Made by a program: the position numbers and the translations under genes
In this document: in pieces, positions 38,275-47,831 of the stretch
Numbering within the stretch: position 1 is the stretch's first letter
Layout: every line of letters starts with the position of its first letter
The notes under the pieces: generated by a model
The model's input: only the letters and a program-made list of their open reading frames with translations
Database searches by the model: none
What the model was told of the DNA's origin: nothing
IMG/VR virus record: IMGVR_UViG_3300046736_000061
Coordinates: 6,495 to 70,494 of that record
Direction: 5' to 3' (one strand)
DNA from: a virus
DNA: 64,000 nucleotides

Positions 38275-38299
38275 ATATTTAACTAAACATTATGTCTAT

Positions 38300-38551
38300 T
38301 TATAAATCTCCCATTCCGTATTGACCCCGGCTACCCATGTCTGTGCTTGCAATATACTGTTTTGTTTTTTCTTTGAGTTCGGGATTACAAAATTCTTTAA
38401 TCTCACCGCCGTTAAGTTCTTGATATGCTTTGGCCACTCCGGTGCAAGTAGTAACAAATATCTTTCCGTCGCCATCTTGCATCCATCCTGTTTCAAAACG
38501 TATTCCGTAATGTTTTTCTTTACACATTTGGCATCTCCACTTTAATTTCAA
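38300..38551 (-). CDS. Hypothetical protein
   Basis: 83 aa, CQMC. Confidence 0.5.
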   Translation of the reverse strand: MKLKWRCQMCKEKHYGIRFETGWMQDGDGKIFVTTCTGVAKAYQELNGGEIKEFCNPELKEKTKQYIASTDMGSRGQYGMGDL

Positions 38552-38828
38552 AACCGCCTTCCACTACCTCGATCCTGGTTTCAATATCTATCCATTTATA
38601 TTTCCAAATATTTAGACCGAGAGTTAGAAACGTTTTTCTTTTAATTGAAATTTCTATTCTCTCTTTAGCAACAAAACTACTACGCTCTAAAATCTTTTTG
38701 GTAATTGCTTCTACAGTTTCTTCAAGCGTATCTAGGGATTCAGTCTTTATATCACCGCCTTGATAAAAAGGGGCGCTAATTATTTCAGCGGTAATATTTA
38801 CGCGATAAGGAATTTTAGTTTCTGTCAT
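38520..38828 (-). CDS. Hypothetical protein
   Basis: 102 aa, overlapping start. Confidence 0.6.
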   Translation of the reverse strand: MTETKIPYRVNITAEIISAPFYQGGDIKTESLDTLEETVEAITKKILERSSFVAKERIEISIKRKTFLTLGLNIWKYKWIDIETRIEVVEGGFEIKVEMPNV

Positions 38829-39241
38829 TCTATAACTCCAAACATATCTTGCGATAATGGTTTTTCTAAAATCTCACGCTCCTTAACTAAATCCCTATTC
38901 TCTGCTTGTGTCTCTCCAAACTTATCGCCATAACGCGCTTTGAGTTTAGCGATATTAGTTTCCATTATTCCTTCAAAAGAAGCTTCGCCTAGTTCGTGTG
39001 CGGCAATCGCCACATACCAAAGCAAGTCTCCAAGTTCTTCTTTAAGATTAACAAAGTCTAAAAGCTTGCCATAAAAGATATGCTTCTTTAACATATCTAT
39101 AAACTCACCGGCCTCTGTAACTAAACCTATGCCGGCGTGGAGAAGTCTTTCTGTTTTGATGTTATCTAGTCGCTCTCCGATTTTATCAAAGTCGTTAGAC
39201 TCTGTTTTAAGTACGTTTTCAATGTATTCTTTTGTGTTCAT
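38825..39241 (-). CDS. MazG-like nucleotide pyrophosphohydrolase
   Basis: GLVTEAGEFIDMLKKHIFYG...EELGDLLWY...NIAKLKARY. Confidence 0.88.
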   Translation of the reverse strand: MNTKEYIENVLKTESNDFDKIGERLDNIKTERLLHAGIGLVTEAGEFIDMLKKHIFYGKLLDFVNLKEELGDLLWYVAIAAHELGEASFEGIMETNIAKLKARYGDKFGETQAENRDLVKEREILEKPLSQDMFGVIE

Positions 39242-39269
39242 AATATTTTTAACTGGACATTATGTCTAG

Positions 39270-39944
39270 TTAAGTTTCCTCTGTATAGGCTCCTGTTTGT
39301 TTCACTTCCTCAATAAAATTTTGTATATCTTGCGGCAGGCTCGTTCCGTCTATGGAATTCTCTACTACACAATCTGCAACGAAACCGGCTTCCTCTGCTT
39401 TTTGCACAGCGTCCGTTAATTTTGCTAGAAAAGAATCGCCGTTAAACGCATCCATTTTCTCTTCCCAAACCAAATTAATAATCTCTACGTCTTCATCAGA
39501 ACACGGCTTATACCCTTGCAATACATTACTTTTAATTTCATATTGCAAATCACCTTTCCCTGTACCAAATAGCATTGCTTGAGAAAGAATTTTTACGTGC
39601 TGTAAATCTCTACGAGTCCAGCGAGATTGCATAACCAATTTATTTGTGTGTTTGTTCAAGATAAAACCAGTGACAAACCATCCAAATAAACGATTCTCGG
39701 GATTTTTAGTTACCTCTCTCACCCCTATTCGCAAATGAATATGGTTTATATCTTTTGGATAGATTAACTTCGTTCCTTCTACTTTTGATAGAAAATCATC
39801 TGGCAATCCTATCCAATGGATATTTTGTAAAGCAATCTCAATGGCCGCATCAATTTGTTTTTGATGGTTTGAATAGGTCATTAAGACCGCTTGTTTTTGC
39901 CTTTCTTTTTCAGAAAGTATCGGTTTAGCTTTTGATTGTTTCAT
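39270..39944 (-). CDS. Hypothetical protein
   Basis: 224 aa bounded by two palindrome copies. Confidence 0.7.
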   Translation of the reverse strand: MKQSKAKPILSEKERQKQAVLMTYSNHQKQIDAAIEIALQNIHWIGLPDDFLSKVEGTKLIYPKDINHIHLRIGVREVTKNPENRLFGWFVTGFILNKHTNKLVMQSRWTRRDLQHVKILSQAMLFGTGKGDLQYEIKSNVLQGYKPCSDEDVEIINLVWEEKMDAFNGDSFLAKLTDAVQKAEEAGFVADCVVENSIDGTSLPQDIQNFIEEVKQTGAYTEET

Positions 39945-39986
39945 TTTATTTGTTTTAAGTGGACATTATGTCCAGTCTAAAAGAGG

Positions 39987-40844
39987 TCAAAATTTCTTCG
40001 GATTCATTAACCGATACAAAGTAACGCAAGCCTCAAAACCTTCCTGATAATCAAGAGTATTTTCTTTACGGGATACTTGAGGCTCTGGTAGACCATAAGG
40101 TAGTACTGCATAATGACTGAAACGTTGCTCCATTTCCATTATCAGTTCGCCCTCTTTAGTGAATATACCATTCTCGCTTATAGCAATATCGTAACCGGCG
40201 TTCTGCATAAAATGAGAATCGTATGCTTCTTGTGCTGATTTGAAATCTAGCAATCCATATTTGCCATGTCGATCTTCATAGACAACATCAACAATCCCAC
40301 CTGTCCACAAGCGTTTTGAATAACAATACGCCTCTGATGCGATAAAGCGATTCACGTTTGCCATTGCCCACTCAGAAAATAATACTACTGCAGGATGTGG
40401 GTTTTCAGTGTCAAAGAAAGGCTCTGAATGGTTATCGTCAATGGCGCGCTTAATATACATCTCTAACTCGTAATGCATATTTTTACCTACGTCTGCGCTG
40501 TCATCTAGCTTAACTGCGTGTGCTTTGTATCCCGCATCTAATAAGGCGAGATACTCGTCGTCAAGCATTTCTTTAATTTCTGCAAGTTTTGTTCCTGCGG
40601 CTTCAATGCGCGGCTCGATTGGTCGTTTACGAGTTTTATACTTTCCATCTTCCCAATATTTTTCATTAACTGGCGTCCAACCTAATTGACCTACCGCCAA
40701 CCCTGCGGCCCACCAAACCAAAGGCTTCGCTAAAACACTTAACACCGTTGAAGTTCCCATTAAAGGCTTATCGTTCAAATAATGAACGTGATTTTGCTTA
40801 CCTTTCGCATTAATACTGTCATCGAATCTATATTTATCTGCCAT
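39987..40844 (-). CDS. PD-(D/E)XK exonuclease
   Basis: STVLSVLAKP, GKNMH, GGIVDVV...LLDFKS...QNAGY. Confidence 0.8.
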   Translation of the reverse strand: MADKYRFDDSINAKGKQNHVHYLNDKPLMGTSTVLSVLAKPLVWWAAGLAVGQLGWTPVNEKYWEDGKYKTRKRPIEPRIEAAGTKLAEIKEMLDDEYLALLDAGYKAHAVKLDDSADVGKNMHYELEMYIKRAIDDNHSEPFFDTENPHPAVVLFSEWAMANVNRFIASEAYCYSKRLWTGGIVDVVYEDRHGKYGLLDFKSAQEAYDSHFMQNAGYDIAISENGIFTKEGELIMEMEQRFSHYAVLPYGLPEPQVSRKENTLDYQEGFEACVTLYRLMNPKKF

Positions 40845-40866
40845 TCCGTTATTCTCCTTTTTCTGT

Positions 40867-41136
40867 TTAATCTAAAAATTCCTCGAATACATGCCAAACC
40901 AACGAACCGCCTAACTGTTGCACTGTTCCGATATATCGCAATTTAGATGATGGGATGTGCGAATTGCCAGTTCCGATAAAGTGGATAACGTGCCTTTGTC
41001 TTTCGATTGCGTTGCTATCGACTAATGCCCATAAGCAAACTACCTCTTGTTGTGTTTGGACAGTCAAGATTCTCGCGCCTTTCGGCAATTCAAGTTCTTG
41101 GCTATCGGTCACTTTTAACTGGTATTTATAAATCAT
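40867..41136 (-). CDS. Conserved phage hypothetical protein
   Basis: IYKY...LPKGARILTVQ...LWALVD...GTG...YIGT...VWHVFE. Confidence 0.75.
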   Translation of the reverse strand: MIYKYQLKVTDSQELELPKGARILTVQTQQEVVCLWALVDSNAIERQRHVIHFIGTGNSHIPSSKLRYIGTVQQLGGSLVWHVFEEFLD

Positions 41137-41481
41137 TTAATCTCCTTCTTCTGAATTATTTACTAAAACTACCTGCCCACCACCCCTGCAAACTTCGCAA
41201 GGTTTAAATGAATTTTCTAAATCCCTACCGCTTCCCCCACATAAAGAACAAATCACAATTTGATTTGCCTGTAATGGTCTTTGTAATAAGTTAGCAATCT
41301 TTATTTGAACCGAACCTAATTGCATAATTATTATATTATCTCGGTTCCCTTTAAAAACTTCAAACTCTCCGTCTTCTGTACGAACAGTTAAAATTGCTGT
41401 CTTAACTTTCGTATGCAATTTCTTTTCGAGTAGCTCTATGGCTTTATCGAAAGTTTCTTGAGTTGTTTTTTGACTGGACAT
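41137..41481 (-). CDS. Protein with DnaJ-type zinc finger; starts inside palindrome
   Basis: CSLCGGSG...CEVCRGGG. Confidence 0.7.
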   Translation of the reverse strand: MSSQKTTQETFDKAIELLEKKLHTKVKTAILTVRTEDGEFEVFKGNRDNIIIMQLGSVQIKIANLLQRPLQANQIVICSLCGGSGRDLENSFKPCEVCRGGGQVVLVNNSEEGD

Positions 41482-41490
41482 AATGTCTAC

Positions 41491-41859
41491 TTAATCGTGA
41501 ATCGTTCCAACTACTTTAACGGACTTAGCGCCACAGTAAGTATGATTAACAGAGTGTGCATAATCTTCTTTGGTGTATAGCAAGTATCCACCTTCAAGCG
41601 ATTCTTTACATACAGTTTCTATGGAACTACCTATTGCTGTAGCAATCGTACACCTATCGTCCCGAAAGATTCTCTGTCCTGTGTTATCCGTAACACCAAC
41701 ATACGGAGCAACCGTTTCTGATATTACTTTATAAGACTTAATCACACCGTCTTTAAATTCTTTAATGACATTTATTGTGCCTTCAAAATCTCCATAATCA
41801 GGCAATCCATAAACCCATTTTCCGTCTTCTGTTTTTCCTCTAAATAAAATTTCGTTCAT
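41491..41859 (-). CDS. YopX-family protein
   Basis: ILFRGK...WVYG...ETV..YVGVTDNTGQRIF..D...VVGTIHD. Confidence 0.8.
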   Translation of the reverse strand: MNEILFRGKTEDGKWVYGLPDYGDFEGTINVIKEFKDGVIKSYKVISETVAPYVGVTDNTGQRIFRDDRCTIATAIGSSIETVCKESLEGGYLLYTKEDYAHSVNHTYCGAKSVKVVGTIHD

Positions 41860-41861
41860 AT

Positions 41862-42056
41862 TTATACTCTTTCTTTAGGCCGAATAACCACTTCCACTTT
41901 GTTATGTCTGTTGCATTTGCAATATAAATCGCAATGATATTTACAAGTACCGCTAGTACAATGGAGCCACGCAAGTTTTTCGCAATACGTGCTAGTACAT
42001 CGAGATAATAATTTAACAAGTTCGTAGCCAAATATCTTTAAAATCTTATTTATCAT
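41862..42056 (-). CDS. Cys-rich hypothetical protein
   Basis: 64 aa. Confidence 0.55.
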   Translation of the reverse strand: MINKILKIFGYELVKLLSRCTSTYCEKLAWLHCTSGTCKYHCDLYCKCNRHNKVEVVIRPKERV

Positions 42057-42057
42057 A

Positions 42058-42666
42058 TTAAAATTGACAAATCTGCCTCGGCCCTGGAAGCCTCAATAAA
42101 CAATCGCGCACAGGATCGTGCAACATATTATCTAAAACCATTCTGTAAACATCTGCTGTCATTCTTACATCTTGACGACAGTATTCATTCAATCTTTCAA
42201 ATTCGCCCCTTTGATAAAGTATTGGGGCTAATGCACCACCTTCTTTTTCTGACTTGCTTGCGATATTATTCGCTTTACAGATAGCGTCTAAGTTGTGTCC
42301 TTTCGGATACTGACCACGCTGTTTTTTAATTTCCTCAAACATATCATAGCTTTGTGGGATAAGAAAACCGTGTGCGTTTAATAGTTTGTTATCAAAATGA
42401 TGATTATTAAAACCAATAGCGCAGAGCGTATCAAGAAATAATTCGTTTAATTTTTTTGCGTGGAATGGGTTTTTAAAATCGAAAGTGTGCATCGTGTCGT
42501 TAGAAAATTCATATACACAAACTACGCTAATTCCCATTCCAATATAGTCTGTCCATCCTTGACAGTATTCAAAATCGGGATTATTTGGTTTTCCTTTTTG
42601 TGGAATACATCGTTTAATTTCGCAATCGTAAATAATCGTATCTTTTAATAATTCGTCTAATGACAT
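42058..42666 (-). CDS. RNase H-like/DnaQ-type 3'-5' exonuclease
   Basis: IIYDCE, GFNNHHFD, YDM, YCRQDV. Confidence 0.85.
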   Translation of the reverse strand: MSLDELLKDTIIYDCEIKRCIPQKGKPNNPDFEYCQGWTDYIGMGISVVCVYEFSNDTMHTFDFKNPFHAKKLNELFLDTLCAIGFNNHHFDNKLLNAHGFLIPQSYDMFEEIKKQRGQYPKGHNLDAICKANNIASKSEKEGGALAPILYQRGEFERLNEYCRQDVRMTADVYRMVLDNMLHDPVRDCLLRLPGPRQICQF

Positions 42667-42667
42667 T

Positions 42668-42880
42668 TTAATAACCTCTCTCTATAAATATAGCTTCATA
42701 ATAGGCTCTAACAGCCCTTGTAGAATCTGGTACTTTAGGTTTTTCCATAAAATTTACGATAGGCATAATACCTTGACCACACAATTCTTCAAAGCAGTCG
42801 TTACAGATATAATAACCTTCACCCGACCTATCGCACATAACATTCTCGCATCCTTTTCTATCGCAAGCCAAAACTCCCAT
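42668..42880 (-). CDS. Zinc-binding hypothetical protein
   Basis: MGVLACDRKGCENVMCDR...YICNDCFEEL. Confidence 0.7.
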   Translation of the reverse strand: MGVLACDRKGCENVMCDRSGEGYYICNDCFEELCGQGIMPIVNFMEKPKVPDSTRAVRAYYEAIFIERGY

Positions 42881-42982
42881 TTCGCTCCTTCAGCTAGACA
42901 TTATGTCTACTTAAACAATAAATAATAACCCGCTACACAAACAGCAACTAGAATAATGAAATAAATAGCCTCTCTATCCATA

Positions 42983-43183
42983 TTACGTTTCATCTTCGAT
43001 TATTTCTTCGTCAATAGTTATACCATCTGCTAGCATTAAAGGCTGTGGTTTCGGCACTTCAATCGCAATAAAACCCTTACCTTCATCGGTACGAATTAAT
43101 TGCTCAATTATAAACGCGTGTTCTTCACACAAATAAATTCGATTCGCCAATACATCGCACCCACATTTTAATCGTCGCCTCAT
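42983..43183 (-). CDS. Hypothetical protein
   Basis: ATG 43183 after GGGAG; within ORF 42983..43258. Confidence 0.55.
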   Translation of the reverse strand: MRRRLKCGCDVLANRIYLCEEHAFIIEQLIRTDEGKGFIAIEVPKPQPLMLADGITIDEEIIEDET

Positions 43184-43265
43184 TTTACTCCCTTTAGCAA
43201 TCTTTATACCCCTCCCACAAGCGCAGAACAGGCCCCCACAGGCCGCGTAACAGCGCATAGGTAGG

Positions 43266-43856
43266 TTAGGTCGAACTCGAAATCAAACGGGCTGTAATCG
43301 CAATTTGATTTTCAATGTAGGCAATACGGGCATTCGCAAACGCCCTAATCCAGCCTATTAATTCTGTTGGTTTTTCACTATGCCATTGACAAAAATCAAT
43401 ATATGCTTCACGCTTACCGTCTGCATTTTCTAAGTGGACATAATGTCTACCTATTTTTGCAATACGGCACAAATTATCATCAACACGTTCTAGAATTTCA
43501 AACGGCACACAAAGAAAATGTTCTGCTTGAAATGTAATGCGAAATAAAGTATCACCATCCCACGGAAAATATTTAACGTTAACTAGCATTTCAACAACTC
43601 TATCGCAAGAATCTCTAATGCTAAATATATTAGCCCTTGCTTGCTCTAAAAGAAATGCCATTGCATCATCGCTTTTCTCAAACCATTTTGAATTACTGGT
43701 TTCTCGTTTTTGATGATAACTGTCGCGTCCATCAACTTCAATCACATAACACTTCTCTGTTTCACGCTTAACATCAAAAGAAGTGATTTGATAAGTTCGT
43801 GCTATATGTGATTTGGTGTTTACCGAATATCCTGATGCTCGAAATAATATCATCAT
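43266..43856 (-). CDS. Hypothetical protein containing an internal palindrome copy
   Basis: 196 aa; GRHYVHL encoded by copy 43442. Confidence 0.65.
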   Translation of the reverse strand: MMILFRASGYSVNTKSHIARTYQITSFDVKRETEKCYVIEVDGRDSYHQKRETSNSKWFEKSDDAMAFLLEQARANIFSIRDSCDRVVEMLVNVKYFPWDGDTLFRITFQAEHFLCVPFEILERVDDNLCRIAKIGRHYVHLENADGKREAYIDFCQWHSEKPTELIGWIRAFANARIAYIENQIAITARLISSST

Positions 43857-44110
43857 AAGTTTTGTTTGATTGTCTCCAAGTGCTTTATTAAAACTTCGGC
43901 AGTTGTCTTACTTTTAATCTCCAATACAATTAAGTTAAAGTATTGCAATGTCGCTAAGTCTGATTGACTTACAATTTCACCTTTGGTTTCTACTATAAGC
44001 AATAGATTTTTGTCTTCAAAAACTAAAGACGTGATACTTAAATCATATTGATCTACAGCTTTAACGGTGCGAGTGCCGCGCTTTTTACCACTAAGAAATT
44101 GAATCGGCAT
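43853..44110 (-). CDS. Hypothetical protein
   Basis: 85 aa. Confidence 0.6.
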   Translation of the reverse strand: MPIQFLSGKKRGTRTVKAVDQYDLSITSLVFEDKNLLLIVETKGEIVSQSDLATLQYFNLIVLEIKSKTTAEVLIKHLETIKQNL

Positions 44111-44335
44111 TTATTGCCGCCTTTTCCACAGACCTAAAAATAAACATCCTACGAGATACATGCCACCAAATACTATGAAAAATGACAGCGGTAGTGCTAT
44201 GGATAGCCATACAGGACTTAACACCCACCACCAAGACCAATCAATATAGTTAGTTAATCTCAATGTTATAAAGACTATGGTTAGCAACCCTATAAACCCT
44301 ATTCCGCCGCTACTTGCGTTTGAATTATCACTCAT
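44111..44335 (-). CDS. Small phage membrane protein
   Basis: GGIGFIGLLTIVFITLRLTNYIDWSWWWVLSPVW. Confidence 0.8.
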   Translation of the reverse strand: MSDNSNASSGGIGFIGLLTIVFITLRLTNYIDWSWWWVLSPVWLSIALPLSFFIVFGGMYLVGCLFLGLWKRRQ

Positions 44336-44347
44336 TCTATCTCCTTT

Positions 44348-44701
44348 TTAACTAGACATTAGTTTAAACGGACTTTTAATTTTCGGTTCTTCTGTTTTCA
44401 CTTCTATTTTAATTTGAGATTCATCCCATGCTTTTTGATCTGTGTCAAACCAATATAAACTTTCGGGTATGGTGCCGATATTTATATAAGATGCCCAATC
44501 CATTCTGAAAAAATCTGTTCGCAAAAACTTTAAAAACTTCGCCCTATCCAACCCTTCAATAGAAACTTCTCTATGTGTAATGCTTCCATCATCTAACATG
44601 AAGGGTATAGAAGTAGTGATAACGATAGACTTTCCGTTGTCGGTTATCAACTCGATTTTGTTCTGCGGTAGCCACAAGTCTTTCCGTAATTGCACTAACA
44701 T
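44348..44701 (-). CDS. Hypothetical protein
   Basis: 117 aa; ends in a palindrome half-site. Confidence 0.6.
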   Translation of the reverse strand: MLVQLRKDLWLPQNKIELITDNGKSIVITTSIPFMLDDGSITHREVSIEGLDRAKFLKFLRTDFFRMDWASYINIGTIPESLYWFDTDQKAWDESQIKIEVKTEEPKIKSPFKLMSS

Positions 44702-45245
44702 CTTCTTTTGTGTTTCTCCTTTTCCTTTTAGAAGGCGGCGGTAACGTAACTAAAGAGTTGTTTGGCCTAACAAATAACCAATTGTCTTTAGCAGACCCTA
44801 AACCCCATTGTTGATAACGAGTAAATAAATACTCCAACTCGCTAGGCAGTATATTTACTTCGTCTAAGACTTTGTATTTATCTCGAATCCATAAACTATC
44901 TTCTTGATAAACCCGTAAACTTTCGGTATAAACAACTGCCGAATAAATATATAATGCACTACTAGCAATTTCAATCCCTTGCTTTAGGTTTTTCGTTTCT
45001 AATGCCTGTTTAAACGCTTTTTGTACATCTTTAAGTGCTTCTATTGTTGTAACTGTCCATAATTCCCAATCATAAAAACCATTGCACCACGAATATCTGC
45101 TTATTTCATATGCAATTAAAAAATTTAATTCGTCAATCTCAAACTTAAACGGGTTAGAAAAATGTTTTATACTAATCGGTTCTGGAGGATATATTCTTTT
45201 CCCTTCTACTAAAACAAAATCTTTTCGATTTAACTTGGCAGACAT
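44589..45245 (-). CDS. Hypothetical protein
   Basis: 218 aa. Confidence 0.6.
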   Translation of the reverse strand: MSAKLNRKDFVLVEGKRIYPPEPISIKHFSNPFKFEIDELNFLIAYEISRYSWCNGFYDWELWTVTTIEALKDVQKAFKQALETKNLKQGIEIASSALYIYSAVVYTESLRVYQEDSLWIRDKYKVLDEVNILPSELEYLFTRYQQWGLGSAKDNWLFVRPNNSLVTLPPPSKRKRRNTKEDVSAITERLVATAEQNRVDNRQRKVYRYHYFYTLHVR

Positions 45246-45589
45246 AAGTTTTTGTCGTCGTTAGTGTCGATAAACACACCGTCTTTAGCGTCTTTTAGAA
45301 CCTCAAATAAATTAAAGTATATATCTCCAATCTTATATTTTTCGTGTACTGTCATTTTGTACAGACAAATTTTCCACGCTTTATCTTTATATTTATTCGG
45401 AACACGCCGAAACATTCTCTCTAAAATACTATTAACTTCCCCTAACCGCTGTCCTCTTTCATCTTTTTCGTAAGTCTCTGGCATAACACGCTGTCTTGGA
45501 CTTACTAAACTCTGTGCTTGGGTTATTAATTCTTGCTTACTATCCCACTTAAGAATTTTATCTACCTTCGCTTGTCTTCTACTGTTCAT
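45230..45589 (-). CDS. Hypothetical protein
   Basis: 119 aa. Confidence 0.6.
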   Translation of the reverse strand: MNSRRQAKVDKILKWDSKQELITQAQSLVSPRQRVMPETYEKDERGQRLGEVNSILERMFRRVPNKYKDKAWKICLYKMTVHEKYKIGDIYFNLFEVLKDAKDGVFIDTNDDKNLCLPS

Positions 45590-46052
45590 ACTTTGACTCT
45601 ACAAAAATACTTTCTTCTAGTGATTCGCCTATTTCTTCTAACCGTTTCCAATCTTCGTCTTCTTCGTTAGCTTCTAACTGGACATTATGTCCACTTGAAG
45701 CGGCATCCCAACTAGAAACTTTTGTCTTATTAAAAGGACTTTCTATAGTGATTTTATCAAATAAAGGCAATTCTGGCTCTGGCGGTTCAACAAAAAACTT
45801 CGCTAATTTAGTTCGATTATCCTCTTGATCTATTAACCATTCCTTTAAAGCAAATTCATAACATTCACCATGCTCGTTAGATGTCAATTCCAATAAATCG
45901 GTATTATTATTATCTAACGATACAAACCCTTCCATCATACTGAACGGAGCATTAAATGGACGCCTACCCCAAATCTTAAAACAAGCAGATTTTTCTGTAA
46001 ACTTCACAAAAAATTCAGATGGTATTTGTAATGTTATATATTTATCCGGCAT
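45579..46052 (-). CDS. Hypothetical protein containing an internal palindrome copy
   Basis: 157 aa; SGHNVQL encoded by copy 45686. Confidence 0.6.
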   Translation of the reverse strand: MPDKYITLQIPSEFFVKFTEKSACFKIWGRRPFNAPFSMMEGFVSLDNNNTDLLELTSNEHGECYEFALKEWLIDQEDNRTKLAKFFVEPPEPELPLFDKITIESPFNKTKVSSWDAASSGHNVQLEANEEDEDWKRLEEIGESLEESIFVESKYEQ

Positions 46053-46296
46053 TTTTAACCCCTATCCCATAATAAAACTGCTTACTCTCCAATTGTATTA
46101 CTCTTTCTGCGCCTAAATCAATAAAACTCCTATCTGTAAAAGTGATTACTATGTGCAATAAGCCTACTCGATCTGTTGTTTCTTCTGTGTAAGCATAAGT
46201 TTCATTTACTTGTAATCCTTCAATCTCTTCTAGTTCCGATAATGGAGTCAGACCTGTAGTAACCATCCTATGTTGCGTTTCGGTTATTATTAACAT
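46042..46296 (-). CDS. Hypothetical protein
   Basis: 84 aa. Confidence 0.6.
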   Translation of the reverse strand: MLIITETQHRMVTTGLTPLSELEEIEGLQVNETYAYTEETTDRVGLLHIVITFTDRSFIDLGAERVIQLESKQFYYGIGVKNAG

Positions 46297-46320
46297 ATTT
46301 TAACTGGACGTTATGTCTAC

Positions 46321-47271
46321 TTATGGCTCTCTGTCTGTGTATTTAGACTTAATTGTTTCATCGACGCCGATTTTACTTGTTAGCAACGGATGATTAGGAA
46401 CAAAATTACCGCGATTTTCATTTTCAAACTGTTTACGAAACTGTTTCCAACCTCGAAAATTACCAGAAAAACTTTCTGTTGGATGCCTTTGCTCGTCAGA
46501 GCCTCTGTATATAGGTGTCGCCACGTGTTCAAAGGGCGACCAGTGTTGACCTTGTGTTAACTTCTCATATAAGTTGAGGTCTTTTGCGCTCTCTCTCGTA
46601 CCATCGTGGTTCAGATAAGACACCCGCGCGCAACGCGCAACTGAAATTTTCTTTAACACTTCCGATTTAGTAGGTTCATCGTCTCCTAACCTACTATCCC
46701 ATTCATTAATATCCATTTCATTAATAAAAGGTGTGTGCCATTGTCCATAAGGAATTTCTTCTGGTTTATTCGTATAATACTCTAACTGCATTGCATCAGC
46801 CGCCGCTTTCATTTCTGGTTGTGCGTCTGGATGACATCTTTGCCAAAAGAAGTTATCCCATTCGGTTGCTGTGACAATAACAGTATGCCACATAAACGGT
46901 TCAAGAAGGCGGTTAACAAGGGATTTGTGTAAACCTCGTTCGTGTAATACTTCTGCCAAATCCTCGGCATTATGCTTCGCTTTCTCCCAAAAATCAAAAC
47001 AAATACTCTCATCTTGTGAGGACATTAGTTCACCTCCCTGCATACCAGCTTTTTCTTTAGGCCAAATAACAGGATATGCCCCATTTGTAACAACTCTCGA
47101 CTTAATTTTGTGAAATGGAATCGCCCTACTGCTTGCGGACGATCGTGAAAATACACGATGCGTATTAAATTCGGCCAATACAAACCGATGCATTACAACT
47201 TCCATTGTGGTTAGTCTAGCCCCGTCTGGTGAAATCGAATCTGCGATAATTTTTGCTGATGGTTGTGTCAT
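46321..47271 (-). CDS. thyX: FAD-dependent thymidylate synthase (phage ThyX-like)
   Basis: RFVLAEFNTHRVFSRSSASSRAIP, NRLLEPF, AQPEM, ARCARVSY, HWSPFEH. Confidence 0.88.
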   Translation of the reverse strand: MTQPSAKIIADSISPDGARLTTMEVVMHRFVLAEFNTHRVFSRSSASSRAIPFHKIKSRVVTNGAYPVIWPKEKAGMQGGELMSSQDESICFDFWEKAKHNAEDLAEVLHERGLHKSLVNRLLEPFMWHTVIVTATEWDNFFWQRCHPDAQPEMKAAADAMQLEYYTNKPEEIPYGQWHTPFINEMDINEWDSRLGDDEPTKSEVLKKISVARCARVSYLNHDGTRESAKDLNLYEKLTQGQHWSPFEHVATPIYRGSDEQRHPTESFSGNFRGWKQFRKQFENENRGNFVPNHPLLTSKIGVDETIKSKYTDREP

Positions 47272-47279
47272 ATATTTAT

Positions 47280-47301
47280 AATAGCGGGGTATTTCTACCC
47301 C
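47280..47301 (-). terminator. Hairpin after ssb
   Basis: GGGGTA-TTTC-TACCCC. Confidence 0.4.
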
Positions 47302-47322
47302 TTAACTAGACATTATGTCTGC

Positions 47323-47781
47323 TTACATCAACTCCGTTCCGTCTGCGGCATACAACGTACCGCCTATGTAATACGTTCCGTCAGGATTAACTTCTCGTCC
47401 GTCGTTATCCGGTTCTGCTTGTCGTTGTGGTCTGTGTTCACCCGAAGAATTTTGACCGCCACCGATAAACTGCATTTCAGTAGCATTAACCTCAAGTGAA
47501 AATCGCTTATTTCCATCACGGTCTTCCCATTCTTCGGTTCGTAGGCGCCCTTCAATATAAACCGGAGAACCTTTCGCAAGATATTTTGCCGCCGCTTCTG
47601 CTGTTTTGCGCCAAACTGTAACTTTAAACCATAATGTTACATCCTGCAATACTCCTTGTTTATCTTTACGTTTCTCGCTTGTTGCTACGGAGAAGGTACC
47701 TACAGCGTCCCCTTGTGGTGTATAACGTAATTCTACGTCCTTACCTAAATTCCCCACTAAAATTATTTTATTGAAACTCAT
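47323..47781 (-). CDS. ssb: Single-stranded DNA-binding protein
   Basis: NKIILVGNLGKDVELRYTPQG...YLAKGSPVYIEGRL. Confidence 0.97.
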   Translation of the reverse strand: MSFNKIILVGNLGKDVELRYTPQGDAVGTFSVATSEKRKDKQGVLQDVTLWFKVTVWRKTAEAAAKYLAKGSPVYIEGRLRTEEWEDRDGNKRFSLEVNATEMQFIGGGQNSSGEHRPQRQAEPDNDGREVNPDGTYYIGGTLYAADGTELM

Positions 47782-47831
47782 ATTTTCTTCCTTTTTGTTT
47801 AAATGTTAATTTAAATGGACATAATGTCCAG

